Below are positions 1-12,815 of a stretch of 64,000 nucleotides of DNA, piece by piece. Source of the stretch: Candidatus Poribacteria bacterium (GTDB taxonomy: Bacteria; Poribacteria; WGA-4E; WGA-3G); the NCBI GenBank assembly GCA_965242965.1, contig OZ251518.1:512001-576000 (forward strand), in the 5' to 3' direction. The position numbers and the translations under genes are program-made. Below the pieces are notes generated by a model. It was not told the origin of the DNA. It did no database searches and saw only the letters and a list, made by a program, of their open reading frames with translations. How positions within the stretch are numbered: the stretch's first letter is position 1; every line of letters starts with the position of its first letter.

Positions 1-1
1 T

Positions 2-460
2 TTCCTTGTCGTCCTCGGGGTGCTCTGGAAGTTTGTGTTCGGCAAAGTCGGCGGGCTTCTGGACGAACGCCGCAACGAAATTGCGCAGCAATCTGCACAA
101 TTGCAGGCGGACCGGGAGGAGTTGGACCGGCTCACTGCGGAGACGCGCCAACGCTTAAGTGATATTGAAACCGAGGCGCAAGCGAAGATTCAAGCCGCCG
201 TGGAGCAGGGGAATGCGGAACGCCAGCAGATTCTGGTGCAAGCACGCCAAGAGGCCGCGGACGAAGTGGAACGAGCCCGCGCGGAAATCCAACGGGAAAA
301 GGACGAGGCTATCTCAGAACTGCGAGGTGTTGTCGCAGAACTCGCCATTGATGCCGCCGGTAAAATTATCAGTGCGGAACTCAATGCCGATAGACACCAG
401 CAGATTATTGATGCCTCGATGCGTCGGTTGCCCGAGCGAGATACGAACAGGCGGGTGTGA
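2..460 (+). CDS. atpF: F0F1 ATP synthase subunit b (5' end outside the window)
   Basis: The frame is open from base 2. End of a hydrophobic helix, then a long Ala/Glu/Gln coiled coil; directly upstream of atpH/atpA. Confidence 0.93.
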   Translation, partial: FLVVLGVLWKFVFGKVGGLLDERRNEIAQQSAQLQADREELDRLTAETRQRLSDIETEAQAKIQAAVEQGNAERQQILVQARQEAADEVERARAEIQREKDEAISELRGVVAELAIDAAGKIISAELNADRHQQIIDASMRRLPERDTNRRV

Positions 461-511
461 TGAAAAAGTGAGGCGCGGTTTTATACCGCGCCTCTGAATG
501 AGAGGCATAAG

Positions 512-1051
512 ATGAGAGATATTCGGGTTGCGAAACCTTACGCGCGCGCACTCTATGATGCCGCCGTTGAACAGAACGCCTTGCCCGCCGTTGTCGCGGA
601 TGTGCGCGCTCTGAAACAGACGACAGAGCAGTCTCAAGAATTCGCGCAGTTCCTCAGCAGCCCCATCCTGTCACCGCAAATCAAAAGCGAAACGTTTCAA
701 AACCTTTTTGACGATAGCGTGCATCCGCTGACGCTGAATTTCCTGCGTCTGCTGGCGTTGAAACAGCGGGAACGTCACCTGCTTGCGATAGGCGAGGTGC
801 TACTGGAAATTGTCGATGAAGCCGCCGGCCGGCTCGTCGCGAAAGTGACAACGGCTGTCTCGATGACAGAGGCGCAGCAGGAGCTGCTCGCGCAACAATT
901 GAGCGTGTACTCGGGGAAAGAGGTGCGGCTTGAAACGACGATTGACCCGGGGATTCAAGGCGGCTTCATTGTGCAGCTCAACGACACCGTTTTTGATGCA
1001 AGCGTTGCAACACAACTCCGCCGTTTGAAGCGGCAGCTTGCAAAGGGGTAA
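512..1051 (+). CDS. atpH: F0F1 ATP synthase subunit delta
   Basis: [10 protein letters not shown]-terminus, [14 protein letters not shown]-terminus, operon position. Confidence 0.96.
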   Translation: MRDIRVAKPYARALYDAAVEQNALPAVVADVRALKQTTEQSQEFAQFLSSPILSPQIKSETFQNLFDDSVHPLTLNFLRLLALKQRERHLLAIGEVLLEIVDEAAGRLVAKVTTAVSMTEAQQELLAQQLSVYSGKEVRLETTIDPGIQGGFIVQLNDTVFDASVATQLRRLKRQLAKG

Positions 1052-1071
1052 CAACTGGGAGAATTGCAAAT

Positions 1072-2595
1072 ATGGCACGAGAAGTCAGACCGGACGAAAT
1101 ATCAAATATCCTCAAACAGCAGCTCGTCCAGTTTGAACAAGACGTAGATGTCTACGATGCTGGCACGGTGTTGGAAGTCGGCGATGGTATCGCCCGCGTG
1201 CATGGCCTCGCGAACGCTATGGCGAGCGAGATGATCGAATTTCCAAACGACATTTACGGCATTGCTTTTAACTTGGAGGAAGATAACGTCGGGTGCGTCT
1301 TGTTTGGCGAAGACCAGCTCATTCACGAAGGTGATGTCGCCAAGCGCACCGGACGGCTACCGGAAGTCCCTGTCGGCGAGGCACTCCTCGGACGGATTGT
1401 CGATGCCCTCGGGCAGCCGATTGATGGCCTCGGCGAGATTCAGACAGACGAGACGCTGCCGGTCGAACGGAAAGGCTATGGCATCGTTCAACGGCAACCT
1501 GTCAGCGAACCGCTCTACACGGGACTCAAAGCAATTGATAGTTTGACACCTATCGGGAGAGGACAGCGGGAGCTCATCATTGGCGACAGGCGGACAGGCA
1601 AAACTGCCATCGCGTTAGACACGATTCTGAGCCAGAAGGATACCGATGTTTACTGCATTTATGTCGCTATTGGCCAGAAAGGTTCAACGTTGGCGCAGGT
1701 TGCCAGCACGCTTCGGGAGCATAACGCGCTGGAATATACCACCATCGTTTCTGCGCAGGCGAGCGCGCCTTCACCGTTGCAGTATCTCGCGCCGTATTCC
1801 GGCACGGCGATGGGCGAATACTTCATGGATAACGGGAAGCACGCCTTAATCATCTACGATGATTTGACGAAGCACGCTTGGGCATATCGGCAGATGTCAT
1901 TGCTCTCACGCCGTCCGCCGGGGCGCGAGGCGTATCCGGGTGATGTTTTCTATCTGCATTCACGGCTCTTGGAGCGCGCCGCGAAGTTGAGCGATGCATT
2001 GGGAGGCGGCTCCCTCACCGCGCTGCCGATTATTGAAATCTTTGAAGGCGATTTGACGACTTACATCCCGACGAACGTCATTTCTATCACCGATGGACAG
2101 ATTTACCTCACCACGGATCTCTTTAACCAAGGTGTGAGGCCGGCGATTGATGTCGGCACGTCTGTTTCCCGTGTCGGTGGGGATGCGCAAGTGAAAGCGA
2201 TGAAATCGGATGAGGTGGCTGGCACGTTGAAACTCGATCTTGCGAGTTTCCGCGAAGTCGCCGCGTTCGCGCAGTTTGGCTCAGATTTAGATGCCTCTAC
2301 GCAGTCCCTGCTTCGGCGCGGTTCGCGGCTCGTTGAGTTGCTCAAACAGCCGCAATATGCACCGATGCCGGTCCAACGCGAAGTCGCCTCAATTTTCTGT
2401 GGCACGAACGGCTATCTTGACGATGTACCGGAAGAGGAAGTTGAGGGGTTTGAGACAGATTTCCTTCAGTATCTGGACAGGAATCACGGTGAGATGCTCA
2501 CGGAGATTTCCGATACCGGCTCACTCAGCGATGAGGTGCTTGAAGGGTTGCACGCCGCTGTCAAAACGTTCAAGCAGAACCGCGCGACGGCATAG
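1072..2595 (+). CDS. atpA: F0F1 ATP synthase subunit alpha
   Basis: GDGIARVHG, Walker [30 protein letters not shown]. Confidence 0.99.
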   Translation: MAREVRPDEISNILKQQLVQFEQDVDVYDAGTVLEVGDGIARVHGLANAMASEMIEFPNDIYGIAFNLEEDNVGCVLFGEDQLIHEGDVAKRTGRLPEVPVGEALLGRIVDALGQPIDGLGEIQTDETLPVERKGYGIVQRQPVSEPLYTGLKAIDSLTPIGRGQRELIIGDRRTGKTAIALDTILSQKDTDVYCIYVAIGQKGSTLAQVASTLREHNALEYTTIVSAQASAPSPLQYLAPYSGTAMGEYFMDNGKHALIIYDDLTKHAWAYRQMSLLSRRPPGREAYPGDVFYLHSRLLERAAKLSDALGGGSLTALPIIEIFEGDLTTYIPTNVISITDGQIYLTTDLFNQGVRPAIDVGTSVSRVGGDAQVKAMKSDEVAGTLKLDLASFREVAAFAQFGSDLDASTQSLLRRGSRLVELLKQPQYAPMPVQREVASIFCGTNGYLDDVPEEEVEGFETDFLQYLDRNHGEMLTEISDTGSLSDEVLEGLHAAVKTFKQNRATA

Positions 2596-2712
2596 TAGCC
2601 TGAGCACCGGCGGTAGTGCTTCAGAACCGCGGCTACCAAACGCAGTGAGGCGTGCAATGTTAATAGAAGGAGTGTGGGGTGAGGCTTTGTGCTTCTGCCC
2701 ACATCGGTGATT

Positions 2713-3579
2713 ATGGCAACTCTACGTGAAATTCGGCGGCGCATCGCGAGTATTACGAACATCTCACAAGTCACGGATGCGATGCGCGTTGTTGCGGCGG
2801 CGCGCCTCCGCCGCGCACAAGAGAACATCACAGCGACGCGTCCCTACGCCGAGAAATTAGATACCATTTTGGGACATCTTATCTCGCAAATCGAGAACCC
2901 GACGCATCCTTTGCTGGAACGGCGCGAAGTGAAACACGTCTGTCTCATTTCGGTTTCGGGTGATAGAGGCTTGTGCGGCAGTTTCAACAGCAACGTCATC
3001 CGCACGACAACGCAGCGCGCGCAGCATTATCAGGCGAACGGCGCGGACGTGACGCTCATCTGCATCGGCAGACGGACGCACGAGCATTTTTCTCGGCGCG
3101 GCTACGATATTACGGACGCGTATGTCAACATCTTTCGGCAGTTGGAATTTCAGACTGCAGTTGATGTCGTCCACGAGTTTGAACAACTCTACGTTGACAA
3201 GCAGATCGACCGGGTTGAGGTGATTTACAACAACTTCAAGTCGGCGATTCTCCAGACGGTGTTGGTGGAGCAACTGCTCCCATTAGTGCCTGAGGAGCCT
3301 GAAGGAGACGAACTCTTTTTGGACTATGTCTATGAACCGGGACAGGAGGCACTTTTTGAGATGCTGCTCAGCCAAGATCTGAACATGCAGATGTGGAAGG
3401 TGCTTTTGGATTCCAATGCTGCGGAGCAGGCAGCGCGGATGGCGGCTATGGAGAATGCGACGCAGAAGGCAAAGGAGTTGATTGACGAACTCATCCTGCA
3501 GCGCAACCGGGCGCGTCAAACGCAAATCACAACCGAAATCTCCGAGATTGTCAGTGGTGCGGCCGCGTTGGAGGGATAA
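2713..3579 (+). CDS. atpG: F0F1 ATP synthase subunit gamma
   Basis: MATLREIRRRI, GDRGLCGSFN, RQTQITTEISEIVSGA; start set at ATG 2713. Confidence 0.98.
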   Translation: MATLREIRRRIASITNISQVTDAMRVVAAARLRRAQENITATRPYAEKLDTILGHLISQIENPTHPLLERREVKHVCLISVSGDRGLCGSFNSNVIRTTTQRAQHYQANGADVTLICIGRRTHEHFSRRGYDITDAYVNIFRQLEFQTAVDVVHEFEQLYVDKQIDRVEVIYNNFKSAILQTVLVEQLLPLVPEEPEGDELFLDYVYEPGQEALFEMLLSQDLNMQMWKVLLDSNAAEQAARMAAMENATQKAKELIDELILQRNRARQTQITTEISEIVSGAAALEG

Positions 3580-3695
3580 TAAGTTTCTGTCTTCAGCAAC
3601 GCTGCAGTGGAAACATCATTTCAGTAACGGTGTTAGGACGAGAGATATGCTCGTCCCAACAAGGTGTATCAAACGCTGTGCGCTAATACGAAAAA

Positions 3696-5643
<1,948 letters not shown>

Positions 5644-5651
5644 AAATCACT

Positions 5652-6059
5652 ATGTTAAACCGAAGTTTTCACCTTGAAATTCGCACGCCAGAGAAGTTGA
5701 TTTACGAAGGGGAGGTTACGAGTGTCCGCGCGCCGGGTGTTGAGGGTAACTTCGAGATCCTCGCTGGGCACATCCCTTTCCTGACAGCTCTGGAAATCGG
5801 CGAGATTCGTATCCGTGAGGGAGATACCCCGCAGTTGCTCGCGACGAGCGGTGGCGTGTTTGAGGTGCTCCGTACCGGTGTTACGGCGTTGGTTGAGACA
5901 GCTGAGTGGGCATCAGAAATTGATGTCTCACGTGCAGAAACTGCGCTGTCGCGCGCGCAGGCGTATCTGGCCGCAAATGCCCCGGATCTAAATGTTCCGC
6001 GTGCATCGGCGGCGCGTGCCCGCGCGGAGAACCGGATTCGGGTTGCGAGCAACCTGTAG
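5652..6059 (+). CDS. atpC: F0F1 ATP synthase subunit epsilon
   Basis: LEIRTPE..., PGVEGNFEILAGHIP, SGG.FEV, C-terminal helical hairpin. Confidence 0.97.
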   Translation: MLNRSFHLEIRTPEKLIYEGEVTSVRAPGVEGNFEILAGHIPFLTALEIGEIRIREGDTPQLLATSGGVFEVLRTGVTALVETAEWASEIDVSRAETALSRAQAYLAANAPDLNVPRASAARARAENRIRVASNL

Positions 6060-6127
6060 TATCGTCTGAATTTACCGGTAGGCACACTGACAAAGCGCGC
6101 CTCCGGATATGTTAGGGGGGCATATCG

Positions 6128-6700
6128 ATGGCATCTGTTGCAGCGCAGACCTTGGTAACGCCAGAGGAATATCTTGTTTTTGAACGCAAGGCCGAATTCA
6201 AAAGCGAGTTCTTCAATGGAGAGATTATTGAAATGCCAGGAGCAAGTAACGCGCATAACCTGATTACTGTGAATACTATCAACGGGATTTACAACCAAGT
6301 GGTAGAACAGGGATGCCGAGTTTACGGCAGCGATATGCGCGTCGGAACAAGTCCCGTGACATCTTACCTCTACCCGGATGTCTCCGTTGTTTGCGATGAA
6401 CCACGTTTTGAGGATGATGTCTTTGATACCCTCATCAATCCTCTTGTTCTAGTAGAGGTGCTTTCGCCCTCAACCGAAGCGCGGGACCGAGGTGAAAAAT
6501 TCGCCTACTACCGGCAGTTGGAATCTGTGCAAGAATACATCCTCATTTCACAGGACCGGGTTCGGGTTGAGCACTATCTTCGCCAGGGGGAAAAGTGGGT
6601 TTTTGAGGAATTGCGGGAATTCACGGATGTGCTTCGTGTCGTTTCGATTGCCTGTGAGTTGCCGTTGCAGCATATCTATCGCTTGGTTGAGTTTGCGTGA
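6128..6700 (+). CDS. Uma2/DUF820 family endonuclease-like protein
   Basis: EEYL..E, YPDVSVVC, VEVLSPSTEARDRGEKF, EYILISQD. Confidence 0.92.
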   Translation: MASVAAQTLVTPEEYLVFERKAEFKSEFFNGEIIEMPGASNAHNLITVNTINGIYNQVVEQGCRVYGSDMRVGTSPVTSYLYPDVSVVCDEPRFEDDVFDTLINPLVLVEVLSPSTEARDRGEKFAYYRQLESVQEYILISQDRVRVEHYLRQGEKWVFEELREFTDVLRVVSIACELPLQHIYRLVEFA

Positions 6701-6815
6701 GGATGCGTCTCGGTAATTTTGAAAGCGTTCCCGCCTTTTGTGAAGCGCGCCCACGGAACGTTGCGCGGGGGCCTGTCCCCTCGCAACGTTATTACATACG
6801 CGAGAGTTTTGATTC

Positions 6816-7024
6816 GCCGCTGTTGTGTTTTTTCACAACGGCGGCTTTTTTGTTGCGCGGTTTTTTTTTGCACTATCTCGCCTTTTTCGGAGAATTTTAA
6901 TAGAATTGTGTTTTTTTTCGGCAAAAAAGGAAAAAAAGTGGCAAAGGGCCTTAATTTTTTGGCAGCCGAGGGTATAATTAGAGTTAAGCGAACGTGGTAG
7001 GTATGATGCCTCGAAAATCCAAAG
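6816..7024 (+). repeat. Duplicated terminator + promoter-like block, copy 1
   Basis: Hairpin GCCGCTGTTGTG..CACAACGGCGGC-TTTTT, then an A-rich tract, TATAAT and GGTATGATGCCTCGAAAATCCAAA. Near-identical to 8778-8966. Confidence 0.85.
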
Positions 7025-7081
7025 GGTTTGGATATCCGAAACGGGGCATCGCCTTCCACTCTTCCTTGAAGGAGAAGAAAA

Positions 7082-7588
7082 ATGTTTAGGAAATTGTTCA
7101 GTTCCCCATACATGGGGACTAAGAGTGGCGCATGGACAGTGCGTCTATCGGTAATCGGTTTGCTGGCACTGATGTGTCTTTTCACCGTGCCATCCGATGT
7201 GTATGCGATATCGGATTCCCGCTGGATAGGCGGTGTCTACGGTTCTGTAGAGTTGTGGGGCATCGGCTACAGCCGGCCGTATACGCGGAGTTCGCACTAC
7301 CTCACCGTATCGAACGAGAGTCGGTTCCTCGCCCGGTATGACTACGAGTTCAAGCACGCCATCCTGGAAACAGGCGACGAGAACACGAAAGTCAAACGGG
7401 ATCTGCGGCTCCGTGCCGGGGGCGTGTATATGGAGCCGAGTTACGGACGGCGCCTCAATCTCAACAGAATCCCGGAGTTAGAGCCAGGCGATCGGTTTAC
7501 GCTCTCGGCCTATACCCGCGTTGCGATTCGGGCACGCGGTGCCCGCGGTGGCTGGAAAGTGGAAATCAAGCGGCGTTTCCAGAAATAA
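7082..7588 (+). CDS. Hypothetical secreted basic protein
   Basis: AAGGAG RBS; hydrophobic signal-like segment ending VYA; no family recognised. Confidence 0.75.
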   Translation: MFRKLFSSPYMGTKSGAWTVRLSVIGLLALMCLFTVPSDVYAISDSRWIGGVYGSVELWGIGYSRPYTRSSHYLTVSNESRFLARYDYEFKHAILETGDENTKVKRDLRLRAGGVYMEPSYGRRLNLNRIPELEPGDRFTLSAYTRVAIRARGARGGWKVEIKRRFQK

Positions 7589-7658
7589 CTCTACCGCAGT
7601 GTGCCGTGCGCCGGATAGGCGTGCGGCACGCTATTTCTTAAAAGCGAGGAGAATCACC

Positions 7659-8729
7659 ATGCGTATTCAGAGCCTTTCCCTCAACATTGCGGCTGCCAAT
7701 ATACTCTTTGTGTTGATAGCGGCAGTTGCCTCGGCCGAAATTGTCTTCATCTCGGATCGCGATGGCAGCATTGACATCTACGAAAGCGACATCTACGTCA
7801 TGGACGATGAGGGCAGACGCGTCCGGCGGATCACGAACGATTTGCTCTATAAGAGTCGCCCGCGCTGGTCTCCCGATGGCGCACAAATTACTTTTTCTGC
7901 AGACCTAAATTCAGCGGTCCCGGAACAGGGGCAAGATATAGACGGATTCCTTATGAATGCAGATGGGACAAGATTGCAAAACTTGACACAACATCCCGCA
8001 CTAGATGGGGGTGGTGCTTGGTCTCCTGATGGACGCAGCCTGGCTTTTGTCAGCGATCGAAGCGGCGATTTTGAAATTCACGTGATGGATATCGCCACCG
8101 GTGCCGTGACACAACTGACAGACAGCACCGCGGTGGGCGGCTATGCCACGGGGCCCGCCTGGTCGCCCGATGGACAGCAGATTGCTTACCAAATGTCGCT
8201 GCCAGGACAAGGCCGGCACATCTATCTCATGGATGCTACCGGGAAACGTAACCGGCCCCTTGTCAAGCAATTAGTCCCAGCCGTGCTCGGGAAAACTTTC
8301 ATGAGTCATCACCCACGGTGGTCACCGGCAGGTGAATACTTGCTGTATAATGAGCGAGAGTTTGATGTCGGCCCCGACATGTTTAAGCGGGTCGCGAATC
8401 GTGTGATTATCCGTCGGCGGGATGGTTCGCAGCCGCGGGTGTTGGCGATACCGGCGACATGGCGTGTGGCTGACGTATGCTGGGCGGCAGATGGCACGGC
8501 GGTGCTTTTTTCTGGGATAGAAAATGGGTTGGTAGATTACGAGAGTGGGAACTACGAGATTTATCGCTATGAGTTAGCTAGTCGGCAGATAACAAATCTC
8601 ACCCATCATCCCAGTAACGACTGGGCACCGGACTGGTCTCCCCACCTTTTGTCTGTTTCCTCAGCCGGGAAATTAACCACGCAGTGGGCACGGATAAAGG
8701 CGAAAAGTGTGCCGAGTGAGTCCTTTTAG
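7659..8729 (+). CDS. TolB-like beta-propeller (PD40 repeats), secreted, copy 1
   Basis: Signal peptide ending ASA; repeated WSPDG motifs; C-terminal SVSSAGKLTTQWARIK. Confidence 0.9.
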   Translation: MRIQSLSLNIAAANILFVLIAAVASAEIVFISDRDGSIDIYESDIYVMDDEGRRVRRITNDLLYKSRPRWSPDGAQITFSADLNSAVPEQGQDIDGFLMNADGTRLQNLTQHPALDGGGAWSPDGRSLAFVSDRSGDFEIHVMDIATGAVTQLTDSTAVGGYATGPAWSPDGQQIAYQMSLPGQGRHIYLMDATGKRNRPLVKQLVPAVLGKTFMSHHPRWSPAGEYLLYNEREFDVGPDMFKRVANRVIIRRRDGSQPRVLAIPATWRVADVCWAADGTAVLFSGIENGLVDYESGNYEIYRYELASRQITNLTHHPSNDWAPDWSPHLLSVSSAGKLTTQWARIKAKSVPSESF

Positions 8730-8777
8730 CGCGGCAGGTTTCACTAGGGCAGTCACCATCGGCTTAACTCTCCCGCA

Positions 8778-8966
8778 GCCGCTGTTGTGTTTTTTCACAA
8801 CGGCGGCTTTTTCCACTGTCTCGCCTTTTTCGGCGAATTTTGACAGAATTGTGCTTTTTTCGGCAAAAAAGTAAAAAAAGTGGCAATGGGCCTTAATTTT
8901 TTTCGCATCCGAGGGTATAATTAAAATTAAGCGAACGTGGGAGGTATGATGCCTCGAAAATCCAAA
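8778..8966 (+). repeat. Duplicated terminator + promoter-like block, copy 2
   Basis: Direct repeat of 6816-7024. Confidence 0.85.
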
Positions 8967-9044
8967 AGTAGAGATAAGAGGGCCCTGGACAACCGGGGCC
9001 CACTGCCGCTGCTACTGGACACAATCCTAAAAAGGAGTGAAAAA

Positions 9045-9683
9045 ATGCGGAACATCATTTTGCCGGCTATCATTCTCGTCCTGCTGATAGCCGGGTTTCA
9101 GTTCTACTTTGAGGTGGCGAAAAGGGATTTTGAGAGGAGCCTGCCTCAAGCACCAGAGCCGGTTGAACAGCAGAATGCGGATGCGCCTTCTGAATCTCTG
9201 GACGTGGAAGAGGCTACAGAGACAGGACTGGAGGAAGGGACGGCTGCAGTTGCTGCGCCCTCCGTGCAGACGCATGTCCCTGAGGATGATGCTGCTGTTG
9301 ACGTTGATTGGCGAGAGGATAATACACAGGACTCCCTCCTCCATGAAGTGGATCCGTGGCATCAAATCCACTCACAAGAATCGGAAGAGGGAGCAGAAGG
9401 CACACCGCCAAAAGTTCGGTGGTTTGAGATTGCCGATCCGTATGAGCGAGCAGCGGCGAATCGCGCGCAACTCATCCAGCAGTTTGGCGATATCCCCGAA
9501 GTGCATACGCATGTAGATATAGATCTGAAATTGCAATTGGGGATGTTCGTCACCCTTGACGAAGAGATAGCCCTCTATGAGGCAACTTACTCTCTGTGGC
9601 CTCATGAAGAGACGCTCAAATCTCTTAAGAGGGCAAGGGCTGATAAGGCAGCCGCATCGCGAGCGCGGACATTTTCGCACTGA
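9045..9683 (+). CDS. Hypothetical membrane-anchored protein with 'FGDIP' domain
   Basis: AAGGAG RBS, N-terminal TM helix, acidic linker, C-terminal LIQQFGDIPEVHT domain also seen in 14642-15493. Confidence 0.8.
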   Translation: MRNIILPAIILVLLIAGFQFYFEVAKRDFERSLPQAPEPVEQQNADAPSESLDVEEATETGLEEGTAAVAAPSVQTHVPEDDAAVDVDWREDNTQDSLLHEVDPWHQIHSQESEEGAEGTPPKVRWFEIADPYERAAANRAQLIQQFGDIPEVHTHVDIDLKLQLGMFVTLDEEIALYEATYSLWPHEETLKSLKRARADKAAASRARTFSH

Positions 9684-9794
9684 TGAAGAGAGATGCTCGG
9701 CTTTGTCCGCGCACGCCTTAACGGCACCTCAATCTCAACACCATCCCTGAGCTAGACTGGAAAGTGGAAATCAAGCGTAAGTTTCGTAAGTAAC
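9684..9794 (+). pseudogene. Deleted remnant of a paralog of the 7082-7588 gene (3' end)
   Basis: ACGGCACCTCAATCTCAACACCATCCCTGAGCTAGA and CTGGAAAGTGGAAATCAAGCG match about 7447-7482 and 7552-7572. Confidence 0.75.
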
Positions 9795-9795
9795 T

Positions 9796-10448
9796 GAGGG
9801 TGTTTCATAAATCGCTCGACATCGCGGTGACATGCCCCGCGCTACGGTGAAAAATGGGGAATTGCCGATGGGCGGGCCCTCCCGATCTCAATACCAGCCG
9901 GGTAGGAGAGACCTCCCGGTCTCGATGTCTTCGGGTAGGAGAGACCTCCTGGTCCCGATGTTCCCGTAGCACGGGGGCCTGTCCCCCGCGATGGCTCAAG
10001 CACGTTTTTTTATCGTAGCGCGGGGGCCTGTCCCCCGCGATCGCTATCGTCAAGGTATGTTTTTAGGTCCTTTAGGACATGTCTATAGAAAAACGTGCTA
10101 GCCCGTTTTCAAGGTCTTTTAGGAACTTAATAAAAACACGCGCCGCAGGGAAAAGCATATTAAGGACCTAAAGGACCTTAGCATTCTTCGCGTCTACGCG
10201 GGCTATAGACATTCAGGTCCTACAGACCTGAAGAGAGCAAGAGACGTTTTTTGCGTAGCGCGAACGCTGGCGAGGGACAGGCCCTCGCCCTACGATGAAG
10301 GGGGGCTTTCTGCCGCCGCTGCCCCAGTAGGCGCGACGACAGGAAGAAGGCAGAAATCGAGACCAGGAGGTCTCTCCTACAGGGAAAACGGAATCATTCA
10401 AGGTGCCACGAAATCATTTTTGACAACAACGAGTTATGAAACATCCTC
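9796..10448. mobile_element. MITE-like element: 15-bp TIRs, 8-bp TSD, REP-like palindrome mosaic inside
   Basis: GAGGGTGTTTCATAA ... TTATGAAACATCCTC flanked by the direct repeat AAGTAACT (9788-9795 and 10449-10456). Confidence 0.88.
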
Positions 10449-10516
10449 AAGTAACTCACTCAGTCTGCCCGCGCCAATTTGGCGCGAGGCACACTTTTCT
10501 TAGAAGGAGCGTTGTC

Positions 10517-11620
10517 ATGCGAATGCACAAACGTTTGGCAAAGACAGCGGCTGTCGTTATCCTCTGGGTAGGTATTGCGGCAGTTGCCTCAGCAGACATT
10601 GTCTTCCAATCCGACCGGGATGGGCAGTTTAACATTTACGTGATGAAGGATGATGGCAGCCATGTCCGCCGGTTAACGGACGCTCCGTTTTATGATTATG
10701 CGCCTACCTGGTCTCCCGATGGTAGGCACATCGCTTTCGTGCGAGATATGCATTGGGGCGGTGCAGGAAAGGGGCAACAGGATGACATCTTCCTGATGAA
10801 TGCTGATGGCACGCAGCTGCGGAATCTCACGCAACATCCCAAGTATGATGGAGGTGTGACTTGGGCACCGGATGGAAAGCACCTTGCGTTTGCGAGTGGG
10901 CGGAGTGGAGAGACAGAGATACATATCATGGAACTCGCCACGGGGGCCGTGGAACAACTCACGGACAACTCGAAGGAGGGCGGCTTTTCCGCTGCGCCGA
11001 GTTGGTCGCCAGATGGGCACCACATCGCCTATGAACAGGTGATACCGGGAGGTGGGCGGCACATCTATCTCATGGATGCTGATGGCAAGAATGCTAGACC
11101 TTTGCTCAAGGGTCCTCAACCCCATCTCATCGGAGAACACTTGAGGCAGCGCGGTTTTCCTCGCTGGTCCCCAGATGGACAACATATTCTGTATGTTGAA
11201 TATGAACTGCGTTTTGTGCCGGGCAAAATTATCCGCATGGCGAACCGTCTGATTGTAGTTGGCAAAAACGGCAGACGGCCGAAGAACCTAGGGATTCCAA
11301 AAAACTGGGACATAGGAGATGCCTGTTGGACAGCGGATGGCAAGGCGATTCTTTTTCCCGCGGTGAAAAACGGATTAACGCAACCTGTCCGCGGCAAGTT
11401 TGACATTTACCGGTATCAGCTGACGAGTGGGCAGTTGACGAATCTCACCCAGCATCCCGGGGACGACTATTTTCAGGACTGGATCTCGCCCCACCGTTTG
11501 TCCGTTTCTGCTACTGGGAAATTAACCCTGCGATGGGCACAGATTAAGGTGAGGTATGCAGAGAGAGGTCCTTTTTCGCGCGTGCAGGCTACCCAAAGCG
11601 TCCAGTCTCCGCATCCCTAA
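10517..11620 (+). CDS. TolB-like beta-propeller (PD40 repeats), secreted, copy 2
   Basis: AAGGAG RBS, signal peptide ending ASA, WSPDG/WAPDG repeats, tail SVSATGKLTLRWAQIK. Confidence 0.9.
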   Translation: MRMHKRLAKTAAVVILWVGIAAVASADIVFQSDRDGQFNIYVMKDDGSHVRRLTDAPFYDYAPTWSPDGRHIAFVRDMHWGGAGKGQQDDIFLMNADGTQLRNLTQHPKYDGGVTWAPDGKHLAFASGRSGETEIHIMELATGAVEQLTDNSKEGGFSAAPSWSPDGHHIAYEQVIPGGGRHIYLMDADGKNARPLLKGPQPHLIGEHLRQRGFPRWSPDGQHILYVEYELRFVPGKIIRMANRLIVVGKNGRRPKNLGIPKNWDIGDACWTADGKAILFPAVKNGLTQPVRGKFDIYRYQLTSGQLTNLTQHPGDDYFQDWISPHRLSVSATGKLTLRWAQIKVRYAERGPFSRVQATQSVQSPHP

Positions 11621-11626
11621 GTTTAT

Positions 11627-11662
11627 GCCGCTGGCGTGGTTTTCCACGCCAGCGGCTTTTTT
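11627..11662 (+). terminator. Rho-independent terminator
   Basis: GCCGCTGGCGTGG-TTTT-CCACGCCAGCGGC followed by TTTTTT. Confidence 0.8.
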
Positions 11663-11889
11663 GTTACGGTTCACTTCTTTGCAAAAAAGTTGACGTTTCC
11701 GAAAAATGAGCACATATTAAGGGTAGCACCAGTAAAATTCGTGCGCGAACACCGCGATTTTGCAGATTTTTTGAGAAAAATGTGAAAAAAACGCAAAAAA
11801 AGTGCATTTTACCCTAAATTTTCGTCCTTTAATCCCTATACTATATATAAAGGACGAACTACCGTTATTTTCCGTGAGGAGGTTTCATC

Positions 11890-12711
11890 ATGAAAACGTC
11901 ACCTCGCCGCTATACCGCTCCGGATGCGTTAACGTGCTGTCTGCGGTGTGCCGAGACGCATGGCCCGTTATCACGGGAGGCGGAAGTGGCATTAGCGAAG
12001 CAAATGGAAGCCGGTGATGCCGGTGCACGCGATGGGCTGATCGAGGCGAACCTGCGCCTAGTCATTTCCATCGCGCGGAAATATCAGCACAACGGGATAC
12101 CCCTTGAAGACCTGGTTCAAGAGGGAAATATCGGGTTAATGAAGGCGGTGGATAAATTCGATTACCGGAAGGGGTGTAAACTCAGCACCTATGCGACACG
12201 CAGCATTGAAAAGGCAATTCAGGTGGCGGTTCGCCGCGATTCTGGGTTGACGCACCTACCTGGGCATCTCCGGCAGGGTGGTAAAGTCGCCGCCGCTTAC
12301 ACGAGGCTGTGTCAAGAATTGCAACGCGAACCGACGCACGCCGAAGTTGCGGCAGAAGTTGAGTTAACCGTTGCGCAAGTCGAAGAGATTCTGCTGTTCC
12401 GGGAAGGAACGATTTCGTTGGAGGCACCGGTTGGCGATGGAGACGACGACACCTCCGTTGGCGACTTCGTTGCAGATACGTCCGTGGACATAGAAGCAGA
12501 TCTGGTTCGTGCGGAAGTGCGGCAGCAGATTCGGGAGGCACTGTCCACGCTTACCGAGCGGCAGAAGACAATAGTGGTGTCAAAAGCGATTGAAGCGGTG
12601 AAAGGAAAAGAGATAGCCGAGCAATTGGATATCTCTTCCCCGCGTGTCACCCAAATCTACCATGAGGTGTTGGGGATATTAAAGGCGCGTTTGTCTCCGT
12701 TTCAGGCATGA
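11890..12711 (+). CDS. Sigma-70 family RNA polymerase sigma factor (alternative; no region 1.1)
   Basis: LIEANLRLVISIARKY, DLVQEGNIGLMKAVDKFDYRKG (region 2), REPT..EVA, SLEAPV (region 3), C-terminal HTH. Confidence 0.92.
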   Translation: MKTSPRRYTAPDALTCCLRCAETHGPLSREAEVALAKQMEAGDAGARDGLIEANLRLVISIARKYQHNGIPLEDLVQEGNIGLMKAVDKFDYRKGCKLSTYATRSIEKAIQVAVRRDSGLTHLPGHLRQGGKVAAAYTRLCQELQREPTHAEVAAEVELTVAQVEEILLFREGTISLEAPVGDGDDDTSVGDFVADTSVDIEADLVRAEVRQQIREALSTLTERQKTIVVSKAIEAVKGKEIAEQLDISSPRVTQIYHEVLGILKARLSPFQA

Positions 12712-12815
12712 GGCGAGTAGGCATTCCGGGCAGATTGAGTGCTTGTAAGCGCGGCGGCCCGCGCTGCATCCCTCACCGCGGCAGGCGAGGGACAGGTTCT
12801 CGCCTTACATTACCT

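Noticed and set aside
10060-10240. Regularly spaced GGTCC..GGACC repeats as a CRISPR array
   Set aside because: Only about 4 units, repeats alternate in orientation, linkers are homologous between loci, and no cas genes are present.
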